Assembly (NCBI RefSeq): GCF_036321535.1
Contig: NC_087436.1
Location: 6,758,001 to 6,822,000, forward strand
DNA length: 64,000 nucleotides
Source: Camelus dromedarius
Lineage: Eukaryota
Direction: 5' to 3'
Part shown: positions 38,984-51,993 of the stretch, piece by piece
Numbering within the stretch: position 1 is the stretch's first letter
How the letters are laid out: each line of letters begins with the position of its first letter
Translations under genes and position numbers: made by a program
The notes under the pieces: generated by a model
Seen by the model: only the letters and a program-made list of their open reading frames with translations
Told to the model about the DNA's origin: nothing
Database searches by the model: none

Positions 38984-39042
38984 CATGGGTTCTGGTATCT
39001 GTGGCTTATTTTCTCGATAGCAGCTTGACTCAGCTCTTCATG
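38984..39042 (-). CDS. SPMIP2: C4orf45/SPMIP2 59-nt coding exon
   Basis: ttcttccttttacAG|CAT acceptor; HEELSQAAIEKISHRYQNP plus TG|GTaagc donor; phases join both neighbouring exons; absent from the ORF track. Confidence 0.92.
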
Positions 39043-40249
39043 CTGTAAAAGGAAGAAAATTAATGTACCCTGATTCCAAGGTCACTAGGCACCAACTTGT
39101 CTAAGAGTCTGGGTTCCTGGTGGAAGAGGAAGTCATGTGGAGAAACTGAACTGGAAATGCCAAATTCAGGTACAAGAAGATGGTCTTTTGGTTCTTGAAC
39201 TGAGAGATAAAGGTACAAGGCGGAACATAAATCCCCTCCTCTGAGCTTTACCTGCCCTCTCTGTAGAAGGACGGTGTGGGTAGCAAGAAGTGTGTCGATC
39301 ACCATCTCTAAGCTCCGTATGATTCCGTGTCTACACGAGCAGGCATGCAAAACACTGTGGGTCATTTAGACGCCAACAGTTGAGTTACTTTCATGTTACT
39401 GGACCCTCATAGAATTAGGAAACGTGATGTCAATAGCAGAGGAAGGAGTTGATTCTAGCCAGCCTGTGACAGAGTATGAATCTGAACACTCCTTTCAGAA
39501 AGCATCGTCTGGAACATTGGTAAAGTATTGGACAGTTTAGAACTAGTTCTCGCATTAAGAGATGATCCCCAGACCCTCTGATGTGCATCAAAATTATCAT
39601 AACTGAATAAAAGAATATGTGCCAGCTCATTTTCCCAGGAACTGGTCAATGGAGGGACATTTTATGCCCAAGCATGGAGAATGGGGTGTCAAATTTATGC
39701 TGAAAAGGGTTTTGTTTGGTAATCCTTTCTCAACTTTCCATACTAGGGTTGGGAAACCATGATACGGATTATCAAAAGTAGTTCACTTCAGTTTTGGAAA
39801 GCATTTTTACATTTTCACATCAATGGGGGACACTGGAGTTGTAACATCGCACAAAGCAGCAAACTCATATCATAATGTTCACATGAGAGGAATCACCTGG
39901 TACTCTGTTTTTCATCTTTCCTGTTTTCATCCTTTTTCTTCCAGCTTTGGTTTACAGTGACTTTCCTGATCAAATGCTTCTGAGCTATTTGTGTTGGGAA
40001 AACAAATCTATTTACTTATGTCATCTTAGTGATGAAGACCTAAAAATTTGATCACTTCTACATCTTTAATTCCATATATAAAGTAAACAAACCAAGGAAG
40101 GAACAAAATAGACAAGATTTAAAGGCAAGGTTGACCCACTCTTCCATACAAAATTTGAAAAGTGATAATCTGTATGTAATGGCAAAATCATTGTTTCCCA
40201 ATTAACTTCTGACATGTGATTCCCTGAAAATCGACCTTATCAATTAATT

Positions 40250-40381
40250 TCTTTTTTAAATTTTTTTTTTTGGCAGTGGAGGTAATTAGGTTTACTTATC
40301 TTTTAATAGAGGTACCAGGGATTGAACCCAGGACCTCATATATGTGAAGCACATGCTCTACCACTGAGCTACACCCTCCCC
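40250..40381 (-). mobile_element. tRNA-derived camelid SINE
   Basis: gggattgaacccaggacctc...ctctaccactgagctacaccctcccc with T-rich tail. Confidence 0.9.
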
Positions 40382-42090
40382 TCAACTGACTTCTATCTAT
40401 TATCAGCTTTTGGACAATCTTCTTTGATCTTTGTTCCCATTTTTAATAACCAAAAGTTTCATTGTCTTAATCTGGAAAGACTTTTCTTAGAAACATACAA
40501 CAGATTCATTTGCCACCCCCCACCCCATGTCTCCTATAGCAATCAGCATCACAAAAAATGTATCTGAAATTAACTAGACCTTCTCTGTCTTAATTTACTA
40601 ATGAAATTCACCATGATTTGTTTGGACAGTCATGCTCACTTTGGTATTAAATCTAATGATATTCAGAATCAAAAAAATACTTTTTCACTGGTCAGTTATT
40701 CATAAGAGTAAAGAAAAGACTGATTCAAAAATTAATTCGACATCTTCATTAGGCACAGGTACAGCTGAACTGATTATTATAGTCTATCTTAAGGATATCA
40801 GTGAGAATCTTTTACAGTTATTTTGAATGTTTTCAACTAGTGACAATAATCATAACTTGAAATGGAAAATATTGCTTACTAATCAATCTTTAAATAAGTC
40901 TGGGTATTAATAAAAACATCTGCTAACTACATTCAGATACTGTGAATCAGACACAATTTCTGAAACGAGTTAAAAACTGTTCAATTTGAGTTAATTGCAG
41001 ACACTGGGGCCCATTCTAGTTAACAACGAAAATCATCGCTTAATGCCTTGACTTATCTTAAACCACCTCTAGTCTAGCCCTGGCATACACCACTGAGGAA
41101 TCCTCTTGTTCTGCTGCTATACTTAACTCAAGATGTTTTTCTTAATGCATCCAATTTTGACTTCCCTTTCCAGAAAAGACCGGTTTTCATCTCAAAACCT
41201 ATGAGGTCTTTCTCACCCCATCAGGACAATGGCAGTGTATTCCAAGAATGCATAGACACTAGGGTTTCTCTTCACCGGCCTCCTCCTTGGTAACACAGAG
41301 CTCCTAGTACCAAACATCTGAGTGGAAATATCCCCTAAGGCTACCTTTTCTTATGCTAATGTATTTTTTTTTTCTTCCCTTGCCTCAATTTGCAAAATAT
41401 GACTGTTAACCCCTTAGGGGCCTTTCTTCCCACAGCCAGTGAGAAGCATTCTCATCATTGGCGCTTCATCTCCAAAGTGCATAATGTTGCCTATTCTAGG
41501 CTGGAACTATTCAAGGGGGACAGAGGGCTCCAAGGCCTTTGTGTGGATCGAGCATTTGAATATTCATTTTATATTCAGAGCACGGGTAGAAACAAAAACC
41601 ATTCTCTCTGAAAAAAATGCCAGTGTTTAAGGCACGGACTCTGTGATGCATTTTTCTTACTAAAAAGCGAAAAGTGAACCATGCAGAGACCCACACTTCA
41701 TTTTATGCCACGTTGTATGTGGGCCTGAATATCAACATGAATTATATCCTAGTCTCTCTTTTTTTTTTTTAAACTGCCCTGTTTTTAAGTAAATTGAATT
41801 AGTACCTCAACTTTCAGCAAATAGACTAAACATTGAGTTTCGTGTGTTGACTATGGCCCAGTATCTCTGTTTTCTGTGGAGTATCCAAATAATGAGAAAC
41901 ATATTCCATCGTGCTCCTAATGTGCTGATCATACTATAATTTGAAAATCCACATAGGCAAGAAAATACAGTGCATGGAGACATTAATAATGCTCAATCCT
42001 ATTTCTTGAGACTTATTACACCAGATACTATGCAGAGTGGTTTACACACACTTAATCCATTTAACAATACTCTAAGGTATTATTATTATC

Positions 42091-42702
42091 CGTATGGTTC
42101 ACAAAACTCTAAAGACACCCCCAGATTCTCACTCCTTGATATGCACACCTTCTCGCAGATATTCGACCACATACTATTCTAGGTACTGTTGTGAAGGGAC
42201 TTTGCGGATGTAATTAAGAGCCCAAATCAGCTGACTTTAAGAAAGGGAGATTATCCTCGGTGGACCTGACTTAAGCAGGTGAGCTCTTAAGAGGACCTGG
42301 GCTCTTCTTGGCCAAGGGGAGTTGAAGAATGAGAGGGATATGACATGAGGGAGCGTCTCTGTTGCTGGTTTTAAAGATGGAGAGGACCACGTAGTAAGGG
42401 ATATGCACAGCTTCTAGGTGTGGAGACTGGTCCCTGGCCGACAGCCAGCAAAGAAACAGGACTCAGTCCTATAACCATAAGGAACTGTAATCTGCCACAA
42501 CCACGTGAACTCAGCAGAGACCCCAGGCCTCAGGGGAGGTCACAACCACAGCCCACACCTTGACTTTGCATGAGTTCTGAGCAGAGAACCCAGCTGTGCC
42601 TTCCCGGGACTTCTGACCTACAGAACTGTGAGCAAATAGATGGTGTTGCTTTAGGATGCCACCTGTGTGGTCATTTGTTATGCCCAATAGAAAACTAATG
42701 CA
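42091..42702 (+). mobile_element. MaLR MLT1 (MLT1E-like) solo LTR nested in a MIR
   Basis: gggactttgcggatgtaattaag...gggagattatcc...cttctgacctacagaactgtgag...aatagaaaactaatgca; MIR resumes with cccattttacagatgggaaaactgaggc. Confidence 0.85.
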
Positions 42703-43496
42703 TTTCCCATTTTACAGATGGGAAAACTGAGGCATTTTAAAGACTAGTAGGCAGATTAGCATGCAAAGAGAGAAAAGGGGGAAAATAAAAGTTCTTCAAC
42801 TGGCTACTCTTGCAGGTAAGTCACAGTCAACTTTTCATAAAGGCCACAAACACAGATTTGCCCTGAAAAGCATTAAGAATGCTAGCTACCTCACTTATTC
42901 CCAGAAAGAAGGCACATTTCTATTATTCTTTCTGCAGTTCTCCAGGAAGATTCACGTTTTCCTTACTCATGCTATACTTCAAGGACACACTAGGATTTTA
43001 TTTTAAAGCAAGACTGGAACTTATTGTGTTGGGGATTGTTAGGATTTGTGATGAGAAACCAGTCATTCTGCTACCAGCCCTTTATCCAGAGTTGGTGGAT
43101 AGCTCCTACCAGCCTCTGAAATATGAGTGAATTCGACTATCCAAGCTACAGCAAAGCTACACAGGAGCTTCCCGAGTGTCTGTTTGCGCTCAGTGCGGTT
43201 TCCGAACATAATCAAGTGCCTGGTTGGCGACCTTTCTCACCCTTGGAGTTGTCTAATGTGTTGGCATTGTTTTAATTCAAAGGTTAGGAAGCGTGCTCCT
43301 CCCAAGTTAATTGTCCAATTAGCTCTGCAACACAGAATTACACTGAGGGTGGCAGCTCAGGCTTTGTGAACAGAACATTATAACTAAGTTGCAGTTAAAA
43401 ATAAATGCTAAGTAGCTCTCAAACAACTATCAAATAAGCTAGGAGGAGAGTAATTCTCAAGCCACTGCAGACTTAAAGCTCACTTCCCCCTAAAGT

Positions 43497-43742
43497 AGGG
43501 GGGGGTCGGGGAAGGATAAATTAGGAGTTTGGGATTAGCAGATACACACTACTGTACGTAAAGCAGGTAAACAACAAGGACCGAATGTGTAGCACAGGGA
43601 ACTATATTCAATAGCTTGTGAGAAACTATAATGAAAAAGAATCTGAAAAAGAATAGATATGTATGTATCTATACGTATGTATAACTGAATCACTTTGCTG
43701 TACACCTGTAACTAACACAACACTATAAATTAACCATTAAAG
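43497..43742 (+). mobile_element. Short L1 3'UTR fragment
   Basis: ggataaattaggagtttgggattagcagatacacact...; aaagctca repeated at 43475 and 43743 as probable TSD. Confidence 0.88.
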
Positions 43743-43839
43743 AAAGCTCATTTTTTTTCTGCCCTTCTGCAACTTAATCTCTTAATGAAGATTCTGCATA
43801 AGAAGGGAAGGGATTTCAGTCTCCATCATCCATCATTTC

Positions 43840-43988
43840 TTTTTTTTTTTTAATTTATTTTTATTTTTATTGAAGTTTACAGTGGAATAAAGAATAAAAG
43901 AGAATGAAATAATGCCATCTGCAGCAATATGGATGGACCTAGAGATTATCATACAAAGTAAAGTAAATCAGACAGAGAAAGACATATC
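43840..43988 (-). mobile_element. Tiny 5'-inverted L1 insertion
   Basis: Minus-strand poly(A) tail and terminus joined to a plus-strand L1 ORF2-end piece (gcagcaatatggatggacctagagatt), flanked by ccatcatttc. Confidence 0.75.
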
Positions 43989-43998
43989 CCATCATTTC

Positions 43999-44121
43999 CT
44001 TTTGGGGGGGGTGATTAGGTTTATTCATTTATTTATTATGGAGGCAGTACTGGGAATTGAACCCAGGACCTTGTGCATGCTAAGCATGTGCTCTACTGCT
44101 TGAGCTATACCCTCCCCTACC
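43999..44121 (-). mobile_element. tRNA-derived camelid SINE
   Basis: gggaattgaacccaggaccttgtgcatgctaagcatgtgctctactgcttgagctataccctcccc; flanked by cccatcatttc. Confidence 0.92.
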
Positions 44122-46620
44122 CCATCATTTCTTGATGACCATATCATCCACAACATGTGAAGCACGAGGAGGAGAACTGTGGATGCTGTCAGTCCAAAGT
44201 CAAATCTGAGACAGATCTCAGACCTCAAGCTGCTTAAAGCCATTTGGAATGTGGCTGGGAGCGTGCAGTCCAATTGCAGACAACAGTCGCACTAAAAACT
44301 TCAACATTGCGAAGACACTATCCTATGAATTCTTCCTCAACCACAGGAGCTCACATGGCTTCCAAAGCATGGAGTTTCAGTGCCATTTTCTTTGTGCCCA
44401 GAGACAGAATGGGACCACACACCAGGGGGCCCTCTACTGAATGGATTGTTTTCAGTTCTCTCAGTTAAGATTTCTTGAAGCCTAGATGCAGTCCTGGGAA
44501 GAGGATAGGTATCTCTAGATTGCTATGCGTTCAGTGCATCTTGGTCAACACAGCTGAAGCAGTCTGGAAGTGCAGTAAATGAATAGGAGGGAAAGTTATA
44601 ATCCTAAATTTATAGTATTAGAATTTCTTGCAAAGATCTGAAAAACCTAGGATAAATGCCAGATTTAGAAAACACATGTCCTGGCATTTTAGCCACCTGT
44701 GCTTGAGATATTAGATCACACACAAGTCTTGACAATATATTTAAAGGAGCCCAGCTGCAAAGCCAAACATCAGGCTTACTAAACCCATCCTAATTTATAC
44801 AATATTTTTTTTTAGATTTTTGTCTCCCTATTATCAAATAATATTTGTTGAAGACCTATGACACATGCTTAATACTAACTATAGGAAGTATAATTTAAAA
44901 AAAAATGATGTGATGTTTACACTGAGATGCGTATTCAAGATGCATGTCAAGCTTTCCACCATGGTGTATTTTTAGCCTTCCTTAATTAAGGGCTAAAATC
45001 ACCCACTGGGTTCTAAATTACATTGAGTTCCTGTTCTTTCTTTTGTTCTTACATTTCCACATCCTAACAAAAGATGTGAAGGTTAGGATGTCTTTTTTCT
45101 TTTTTTTTTCCAGTTCACCAATAATCATCTACAAAGTCACAACCAGAAGGAGGAAGCTGGCGTTTGGCTGGGGAGCCAGGTCGTTGGGGCTGGGATGCCC
45201 AGGAAATGCCGGGGTGGGGGCAGGGTCCCCAGCTACTGACAGACGCTTCCTCTCCCAAACCTGCTGTTCTTCACGGAACCGCTTTGAACACAGCACAGAC
45301 AGTGCACGTCAGCGATACACGTCTCACTTGCTGTTCTCATGGTCTGTTTGAGAAAGGAAGTATCAAACTGAAAATTTATTCTCTTGGAGTTCAGACACAA
45401 GAAAGTTCCTTCGATTTATTTGAGGAATCCTACAAAGCCAAGCCATAAAATGGGGGAAATATGACACCTGTGTATACGGTTCCTGGGAAAAAGGAGGGGT
45501 CTTTGGCCTCCGTAGCCAAGGTTTCTCCTCCCGTACAGAGGGTCAGCATGTGGACCTCCACCCCTAGAAGCTTCCTGGGGAATCAGAAGAGCTGCAACTT
45601 TATATAGCACTTGAGGATGAAAGGTGCTAATGTCTTTATTTTTGTAGGAAACCACAAACCGTTGAGATGCCAATAACTCTAAGAAATAAAAAATGGGAGC
45701 TAAACACACACCCATCTGGAAAGAAACAGCAGATACCCGAAGGCACGCCTAATTTTAGAAAAGCTATTTTCTAGCTTGCTTTTATAACTTGGTTAGAAAA
45801 GGAAGCTTTATTATCTTTTAAAAGTATTCTGCATTGATAATACCACCTGGAGATTAGCAGTGTGAGATCTTTGGAATTTTAACAAGACTGTGATTCGCCC
45901 ACATGAACCCAAAGGTGAATGAGAAATTGGGGATGAAAAACATCCAGAAATTCTGAAATGTGTGATTGATGGTCTACCTACTGCCCAGCTCCACACTGGC
46001 AATACTTCTCTTTTCCAGGTGAATCTGAAAACTTTCCAAGACACGTTGTGTGAAGGTGGAGTTTGGAAGGATGCACGATGTGGGGCTGGAAAGACGGTGC
46101 GGTTTGGAGGGGGGACCTCACTGTCTTCTGCTGTTTTTTTTTTTTCCTCCAAATGCCAAAGATTGTATTTGATGATATGTTTTGAAACACTATAGAACGG
46201 GTATTACATAGAAATCCAAAGATAACTATTACTAAGCTCTTTCTTATCAAGTATGTGGGTATTATGTCTACTCAGGTTAATTCACTTCACTATTATAAAG
46301 GAAGTATATTGTGTACAGATACAGAGAACATCAGGAGAAGCTTGAGAGCACAGTGAAGAAAGGATGCCTGCCTTAGGAGAAGGCAACTGGGCTTGACCCA
46401 GCCAGACCCTGCCTTACAGAAAAGCAACCACACACGTTGAGTGTTCCCGTGGGGGCTCCAACCCAGCGTTCTGACTTCATTTTCTATCATTTCCTCTCAT
46501 TCACGCTGGACTTCCTCTAAGTCCCTGAATTCACAGCCTGGGCAGACATCCTGGCTCCCTCACTGACCAACTGTGTAGCTTCGGGTGTCGATACCTCAGT
46601 TTCCTCTTCTGGAAAATGAA

Positions 46621-47436
46621 AGTAATCAAAACTACAATGAAGTATCACCTCACCCCAGTCAGAATGGCCATCACTGAAAAGTCCACAATGAAAAATGCTG
46701 AGGACGGTGTGGAGAAAAGGCAACCCTCCTACACTGCTGGTGGGAATGTAGTTTGGTGTAGCCACTGTGGAGAACAGTATGGAGATTCCTCAAAAAACTG
46801 AAAATAAACTTACCCTATGTCCCAGAAACTCCTCTCCTGGACATATATCTGGAGGAAACTCTAATTCGAAAAGACACCTGCACCCCAATGTCCATAGCAG
46901 CACTATTTACAACAGCCAAGACATGGATGCAGCCTAGATGTCCACTGACAGATGACGGGATAAAGAAGCCATGATGTATATACATGATGGAACACTACTC
47001 AGCCATAAAAAAAGAAATAGTGCCATTTGCAGCAACATGGATGGACCTGGAGATTTTCATACTAAGTCAGCCAGAAAGAGAAAGAAAAATACCATATGAG
47101 ATCACTTATATGTGGAATCTAAAAACAATAAAACAAGCGAACTTACAAAGCAGAAAGAAACTCATGGATGTAGAGAACAAACATATAGTTACCAAGGGAG
47201 AATGGGTGAGGGGAGGGATAAATTGGGAGTCTGGGATTTGCAGATATACACTACTGTATATAAAATAGATAAACAACAAAGTCCTACTGATAGCAAGGAA
47301 ACTATATTCAATGTCTTGCAATGACCTGTAATGAAAAAGAATATGAAAAGGAATATATATATATATATGAATCACTATGCTGTGCACCAGAAATTAACTC
47401 AACATTGTAAATTGACTATACTTCAATTAAAAAAAA
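46621..47436 (+). mobile_element. 5'-truncated L1 (ORF2 end and 3'UTR) inserted in a MIR
   Basis: aaaactacaatgaagtatcacctcaccccagtcagaatggcc...cttcaattaaaaaaaa; ORF track shows L1 ORF2-like MKYHLTPVRMA and FAATWMDLE. Confidence 0.93.
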
Positions 47437-49019
47437 TCATAGTAACTTTCTCAGAGAGTAAATACTCAGTCACTGGGAGCTCTTTTTATGTTTACTTTCT
47501 CCAAATAAATTCACAGTGAGAAAAATGTCTGATAAAGCAACCAGCCTTGGATGCAACCTTTATTTGACATCCATCAAGGAGCCTGTTCACATGTCCATAA
47601 AACTCACAGACAAGCCGTCTGCAGTCATAATGTGGGAATTTGTGGCAGTTATAAATGAGGCAGAAGTTTCAAAGCCTGGAAGATTTTCCTTTGTTTATTT
47701 TACACTGTATCACATATAAATGTCTTGACGGGTCTCCATGGTTCTCCTTATTACACACGGACTGGACCGTTCAAGGTGTTCTACTGTATGACTGCAATGT
47801 ATCAGTGTGTCGGTTACGACGTATCAGCTGCAGTATCTGCCATGATTCATTGATTTAATATTATCTTTGGGATCACACCTAAGAAGAGTCAGCTATCAAG
47901 TCCAGTGCGACACTGATTCCGTGGGAAAACCAAGCGACTGAAATCACTGGGCCGTGAGGTCGGATGCAGAGCGTCAGGAGGCCAGGGGAGCGGAGACAAG
48001 CCCAGCCACCAGGCGCTTAGAGAAATGCTCCTTGCAGAAACAACACATACAGCTTTGCAGAGACCAAATCCATTTTAAAAAAAGGATGTACTGCTCTTAA
48101 ATCTGAGACAACAACAAAAGCACCGATCTTTCCTGGTTTATTACACGTGCATTATTCATACATTGTGGACCCGCACAGGAGTGACTAGGAAATAACTAAA
48201 CCCAAAAAGACCCAGAAGGGAAACCCGATATCGTGGTTTTTACTGACTTCTGCAATGTGGGGAAATTTTTCAGGTGTCCCTCAGCCTGGAAGTTATTATC
48301 TTTCTACCCAAATCCAGATGATCTGTGGAACCCCTCCGGGTGCCCCAGCGAGGAAGGACCATTCCCAGGCAGGAAGCGGCTGCCCTGGGGCATTTTACCA
48401 AGAGTTCCTGGTGGTGCCCCCTGGGCTGCGGGTCTTAGATGAACCTGGAGCAGTAAATTAGGAAGAGCAGCTGCTCTGGCTGTAACAATCCGCTAGATGA
48501 AGGTTTGTGCTTTAAAATCAAAATTCTGAGCTATTGTAATGGGAGACACTGAGGCGTCACTAAAGTTAGATGGAAACAAAGCGTCACCTTGTTGGGACCA
48601 TTCTGGATGTGAACAGCGTTGGGAGGGGATGGCAGTGCACCAAGGACAAGGAACCAGAGAGAGAACAGAACATGGATTGAGACACTGCCCTGCACTACAT
48701 CCCACGAAGGACTCGACCAGCTCCCTAGAGAGGAGGGCGCGAATTCATGTCACACGTGATTTGTAATTAGGGGCTTATTTCTAGGCGTGGAGGGTGTGTG
48801 TGTATCAGCTCAAATGTCACTTTGTGCGGAGTCTCATTGATTGGAAGAGGCTACCTGAAGCCCTGAGTTGATAAGGAATCCAGGTCTGAGGCCAGAAGCT
48901 GACATTCACCTGCCCTGGATATAGTGGGGACCAGGCCCAGGCTAGGAGGGTTGGGAGGCAGGTGAGCAGCCCTGATGACAAAACCTAGGCTTTTCTGGTG
49001 GGTAAATCATATGTGGTTC

Positions 49020-49137
49020 TTTTTTCCCATTTTTTAGCCTTTTTAACTTTAATGGAGGTACTGGGGATTGAACCCAGGACATCATGCTTGCTAAGCACAT
49101 GCTGTACCACGGAGCTACTGAGCTGTACCCTCCCCTC
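49020..49137 (-). mobile_element. tRNA-derived camelid SINE
   Basis: atggaggtactggggattgaacccaggac...gagctgtaccctcccc. Confidence 0.88.
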
Positions 49138-49246
49138 CTCATTTGTGGTTTTTCACCAGTACGTATAGTCACTCTCAATGAATCTTTTTGCTCTCATGAT
49201 AAAGTTCTAAGTCCAAGGAATCCTTCAAGACTTGTTTAAACATTGC

Positions 49247-49467
49247 CATATATAAAATAGACAAACAACAAGGACCTACTGTGTAACACAGGGAACTACA
49301 TTCAACTTCTTGTAATGAGCTGTAATGGAAAAGAATCTGGAAACATATATATATATATATACATATATATGTATGTATATATATAACTGAATCACTTTGC
49401 TGCACACCTGAAACTAACATTGTAAATCGACTACCTTTCAATAAAAAATAAGAATTAAAAAAAAAAA
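49247..49467 (+). mobile_element. Short L1 3'UTR fragment with internal (TA)n
   Basis: tataaaatagacaaacaacaaggacctact...gaatcactttgctg...A-tail. Confidence 0.88.
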
Positions 49468-50587
49468 CCAACAACATATCCCTTGGGGTGCGGTGGGCAG
49501 AGGGGAGGAAGACTTGCTGAAGATTGTTATCTGAAGATTGTTACATCTTTGAAAATAATTACTGTCAAAAGGCCGGAGCCAAGAAAATGTACCGGTGACC
49601 AGCAATGGCCCTCACTTCAGGAGCCCAATGAGAGCTACTTGTGCGTGAGCCTCAGGTTGGGGAGGTCTCCAAGGGGCTCATGGCCAGCCCCACAGGGGTT
49701 AAGAGGACAGGGCTACCACCAAGAGCGGTGATTTACAGTCATCTGTGAAATTCCATTGAAGAAAACGGAAGGACCCCCTTCTTGGAAGGCCACGTCGGGG
49801 TTGACGTGGATCCTGGATGCACAGCTGTACACACTCAAGACAGACAGACAGATGGACAGCCGTGCACAGAAGCCGGGCATCACCCAAGGAGAAGCAGCAA
49901 GGCTTCTAGACTGTTCAAACCAGCTGCCTTGCTTTGGGGTTTGTCCCCTTCTCGCTGGTGGCCACGTCTGATACTCAGTCAACGTTCTGATCTTTCTCTT
50001 TACGGCCTGAGTGGATGAGGACACAGTGTAGGAAGCTGAGGCTTCACTCTGTGTAACCGGCCCTGAGTGGCAGAAGTACAGCAACCACAGCACTGATCGC
50101 TGAAGTGGGGTGTCAGGCCTGTGCCGGGCACGGTGCGGAGTGCATTCCTCGTGTCCCCAGAGTGAGTCCTCACGACATAACTAACGCCGTTAAACACACA
50201 GTGTTGCCGCGTGCGGGGCTCTGTGCCCAGCACTTCACAGAGGCTTATTTACAGCAGCCCAGCAAGGTCCAGGCTGAGAGTCATGGTGAGAAGCGGAGGT
50301 GCACAGGTTACGGAACTGTGCCCGTTCACAGCTGGTGGGTGGCAGGTCTCGGATCGGAACCCAGGTGGTCTTAGGAAGCGGGCACTCGGAACGCTGCCAC
50401 GTGGTGGAGGGGCAGCGGGCGGGGAGGTGAGCTCACAGCCAGGGTCACGGCGTCGGGAGTCAAGCCCACACCTGTGCGACTTCACAGGCCGAGCTCGTAC
50501 TGCCCAGGGCTGGGCCAGAAGGAGGGTTTTCCTTTGATAACCTTTACTGTCTGAGGCCGGACTGGATTGTTTTAAGAAATTCAGTTA

Positions 50588-51084
50588 CTGAACTTATTCA
50601 CGAAACAGAAAGAGACTCACAGACGTAGGGAGCAAACCTGTGGTTACCAGTGGTGCAGCGGAGAGGGAGGGGTAAGTTGGGAGTTTGGGATTAGCAGATA
50701 CACACTACTGTGTACAGAAGAGATGGACGGGGGAGGGTACAGCTCAGTGGCAGAGCGCGTGCTTAGCATGCATGAGGTCCTGGGTTCAATCCCTGGTACC
50801 TCTGTTAAAATAAATAAACTCAATTACCTTCCCCCCGCCCCCCAAAAAACCCGAAAAACAAAAACCAAGCTAAACAAAACGAAACAAAAAACAGTGGATG
50901 AACAATATGGTCCTACTGTACAGCGCAGAGAATTATATTCAATACCTTGTAATAACCTGTAATGAAAAAGAATATGAAAAGGAATATATATACATGTATG
51001 TGTGTAACTGTATCACTATGCTGTACACCAGAAATTAACACAACATTGTAAATCAACTATACTTCAATATAAAAAAAGAGAAAA
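50588..51084 (+). mobile_element. Short L1 3'UTR with nested SINE
   Basis: TSD aagaaattcagtta (50574-50587) / aagaaatccagtta (51085-51098); L1 sequence resumes after the SINE. Confidence 0.9.
50729..50891 (+). mobile_element. tRNA-derived camelid SINE nested in L1
   Basis: gggggagggtacagctcagtggcagagcgcgtgcttagcatgcatgaggtcctgggttcaatccc with A/C-rich tail. Confidence 0.92.
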
Positions 51085-51730
51085 AAGAAATCCAGTTAAT
51101 GCTTAATTGATATATGTTCAATTTCCAGGCTAAGGGTCTGCCTGGAAAAAAAAAAAAGTCCCATTTCTCAAATTTTGCTTCTAAAATCACCCGTGCTCTT
51201 TTCCGTTTCCGGGGAGACTGCATGGACTCATGCCTGCATCCACATCAGAACGGAAATAAGACAAGGTTCCTAGGAGCCCTCTGGTTCCACAGCCTGGATG
51301 GTCTGGCTTCAAGGCGTGATCCACACAGTGGGTTTTAGAGCCCTGGGCGGGTTTCTGGGTTTGTGGAGGAAGTCCCAGCACAGGCCTCCCCTTTCACACC
51401 ACCCACTCACAAAGCAGCGCGAGAATGGGGGACATGTGTGAATGTCACAGCCTAGATGGAATCTGACTGCGTTCCAAAGCCAAGTGCAAATGCTCTTGGA
51501 TTGCCCACAGCTTCATTTTCTTCACATCCCTCCTCTCCTGTCTTAAAGGGATGAAGGGAAGGGCCGTAGGAAGTACACTGATGCACACACTCATCTTTCT
51601 GCAAAAACTCATTTGCCACTGCTTCACCATGACAGGTCATGGGCATGACGTTTCCTGTGGAAGCCAACGCGGGGAGCATTTGAACCAGAAAAACAAGACG
51701 CCAGGAGGAATGCAAATTCAAGATCAATAC

Positions 51731-51963
51731 CTTGATGTGAAAGCCAGTCTGAAGCCTTGTTCTGTTGATAAAACCATACTGTGGTATTCCCCAACCGATT
51801 TCACCCACGTACTCAGACTTGTATTTTGCTGGTAAGCTTCGGTTGGAGGCGGGTCTCCAGAGATACTGGAGATCTCCCGTTTTTTCTAGGGCTGGACGCT
51901 TTTCTCCGATATAGGCGGTGTGCTGGGGAACCTTCGGTAGATAGTCCTTTACATAATCTGGGC
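51731..51963 (-). CDS. SPMIP2: C4orf45/SPMIP2 coding exon (second coding exon; first exon beyond window)
   Basis: ttttctctgttgaAG|GC acceptor (phase 1); PDYVKDYLPKVPQHTAYIGEKRPALEKTGDLQYLWRPASNRSLPAKYKSEYVGEIGWGIPQYGFINRTRLQTGFHIK; AAG|GTattg donor; matches recalled C4orf45 and its known position next to FNIP2. Confidence 0.93.
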
Positions 51964-51993
51964 CTTCAACAGAGAAAAGAATATGTTTAGAAG

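Noticed and set aside
36376..44434. CTCF-like motifs (ccagcaggtggggc near 36376; acaccagggggccc near 44419)
   Set aside because: Each mismatches the core consensus; unsupported without ChIP or conservation data
47730..47925. Loose inverted similarity (actggac...gtccagt; atcagtgtgtcg...cgacactgat)
   Set aside because: Pairings are short and inconsistent; cannot support a structured RNA or assign a transposon
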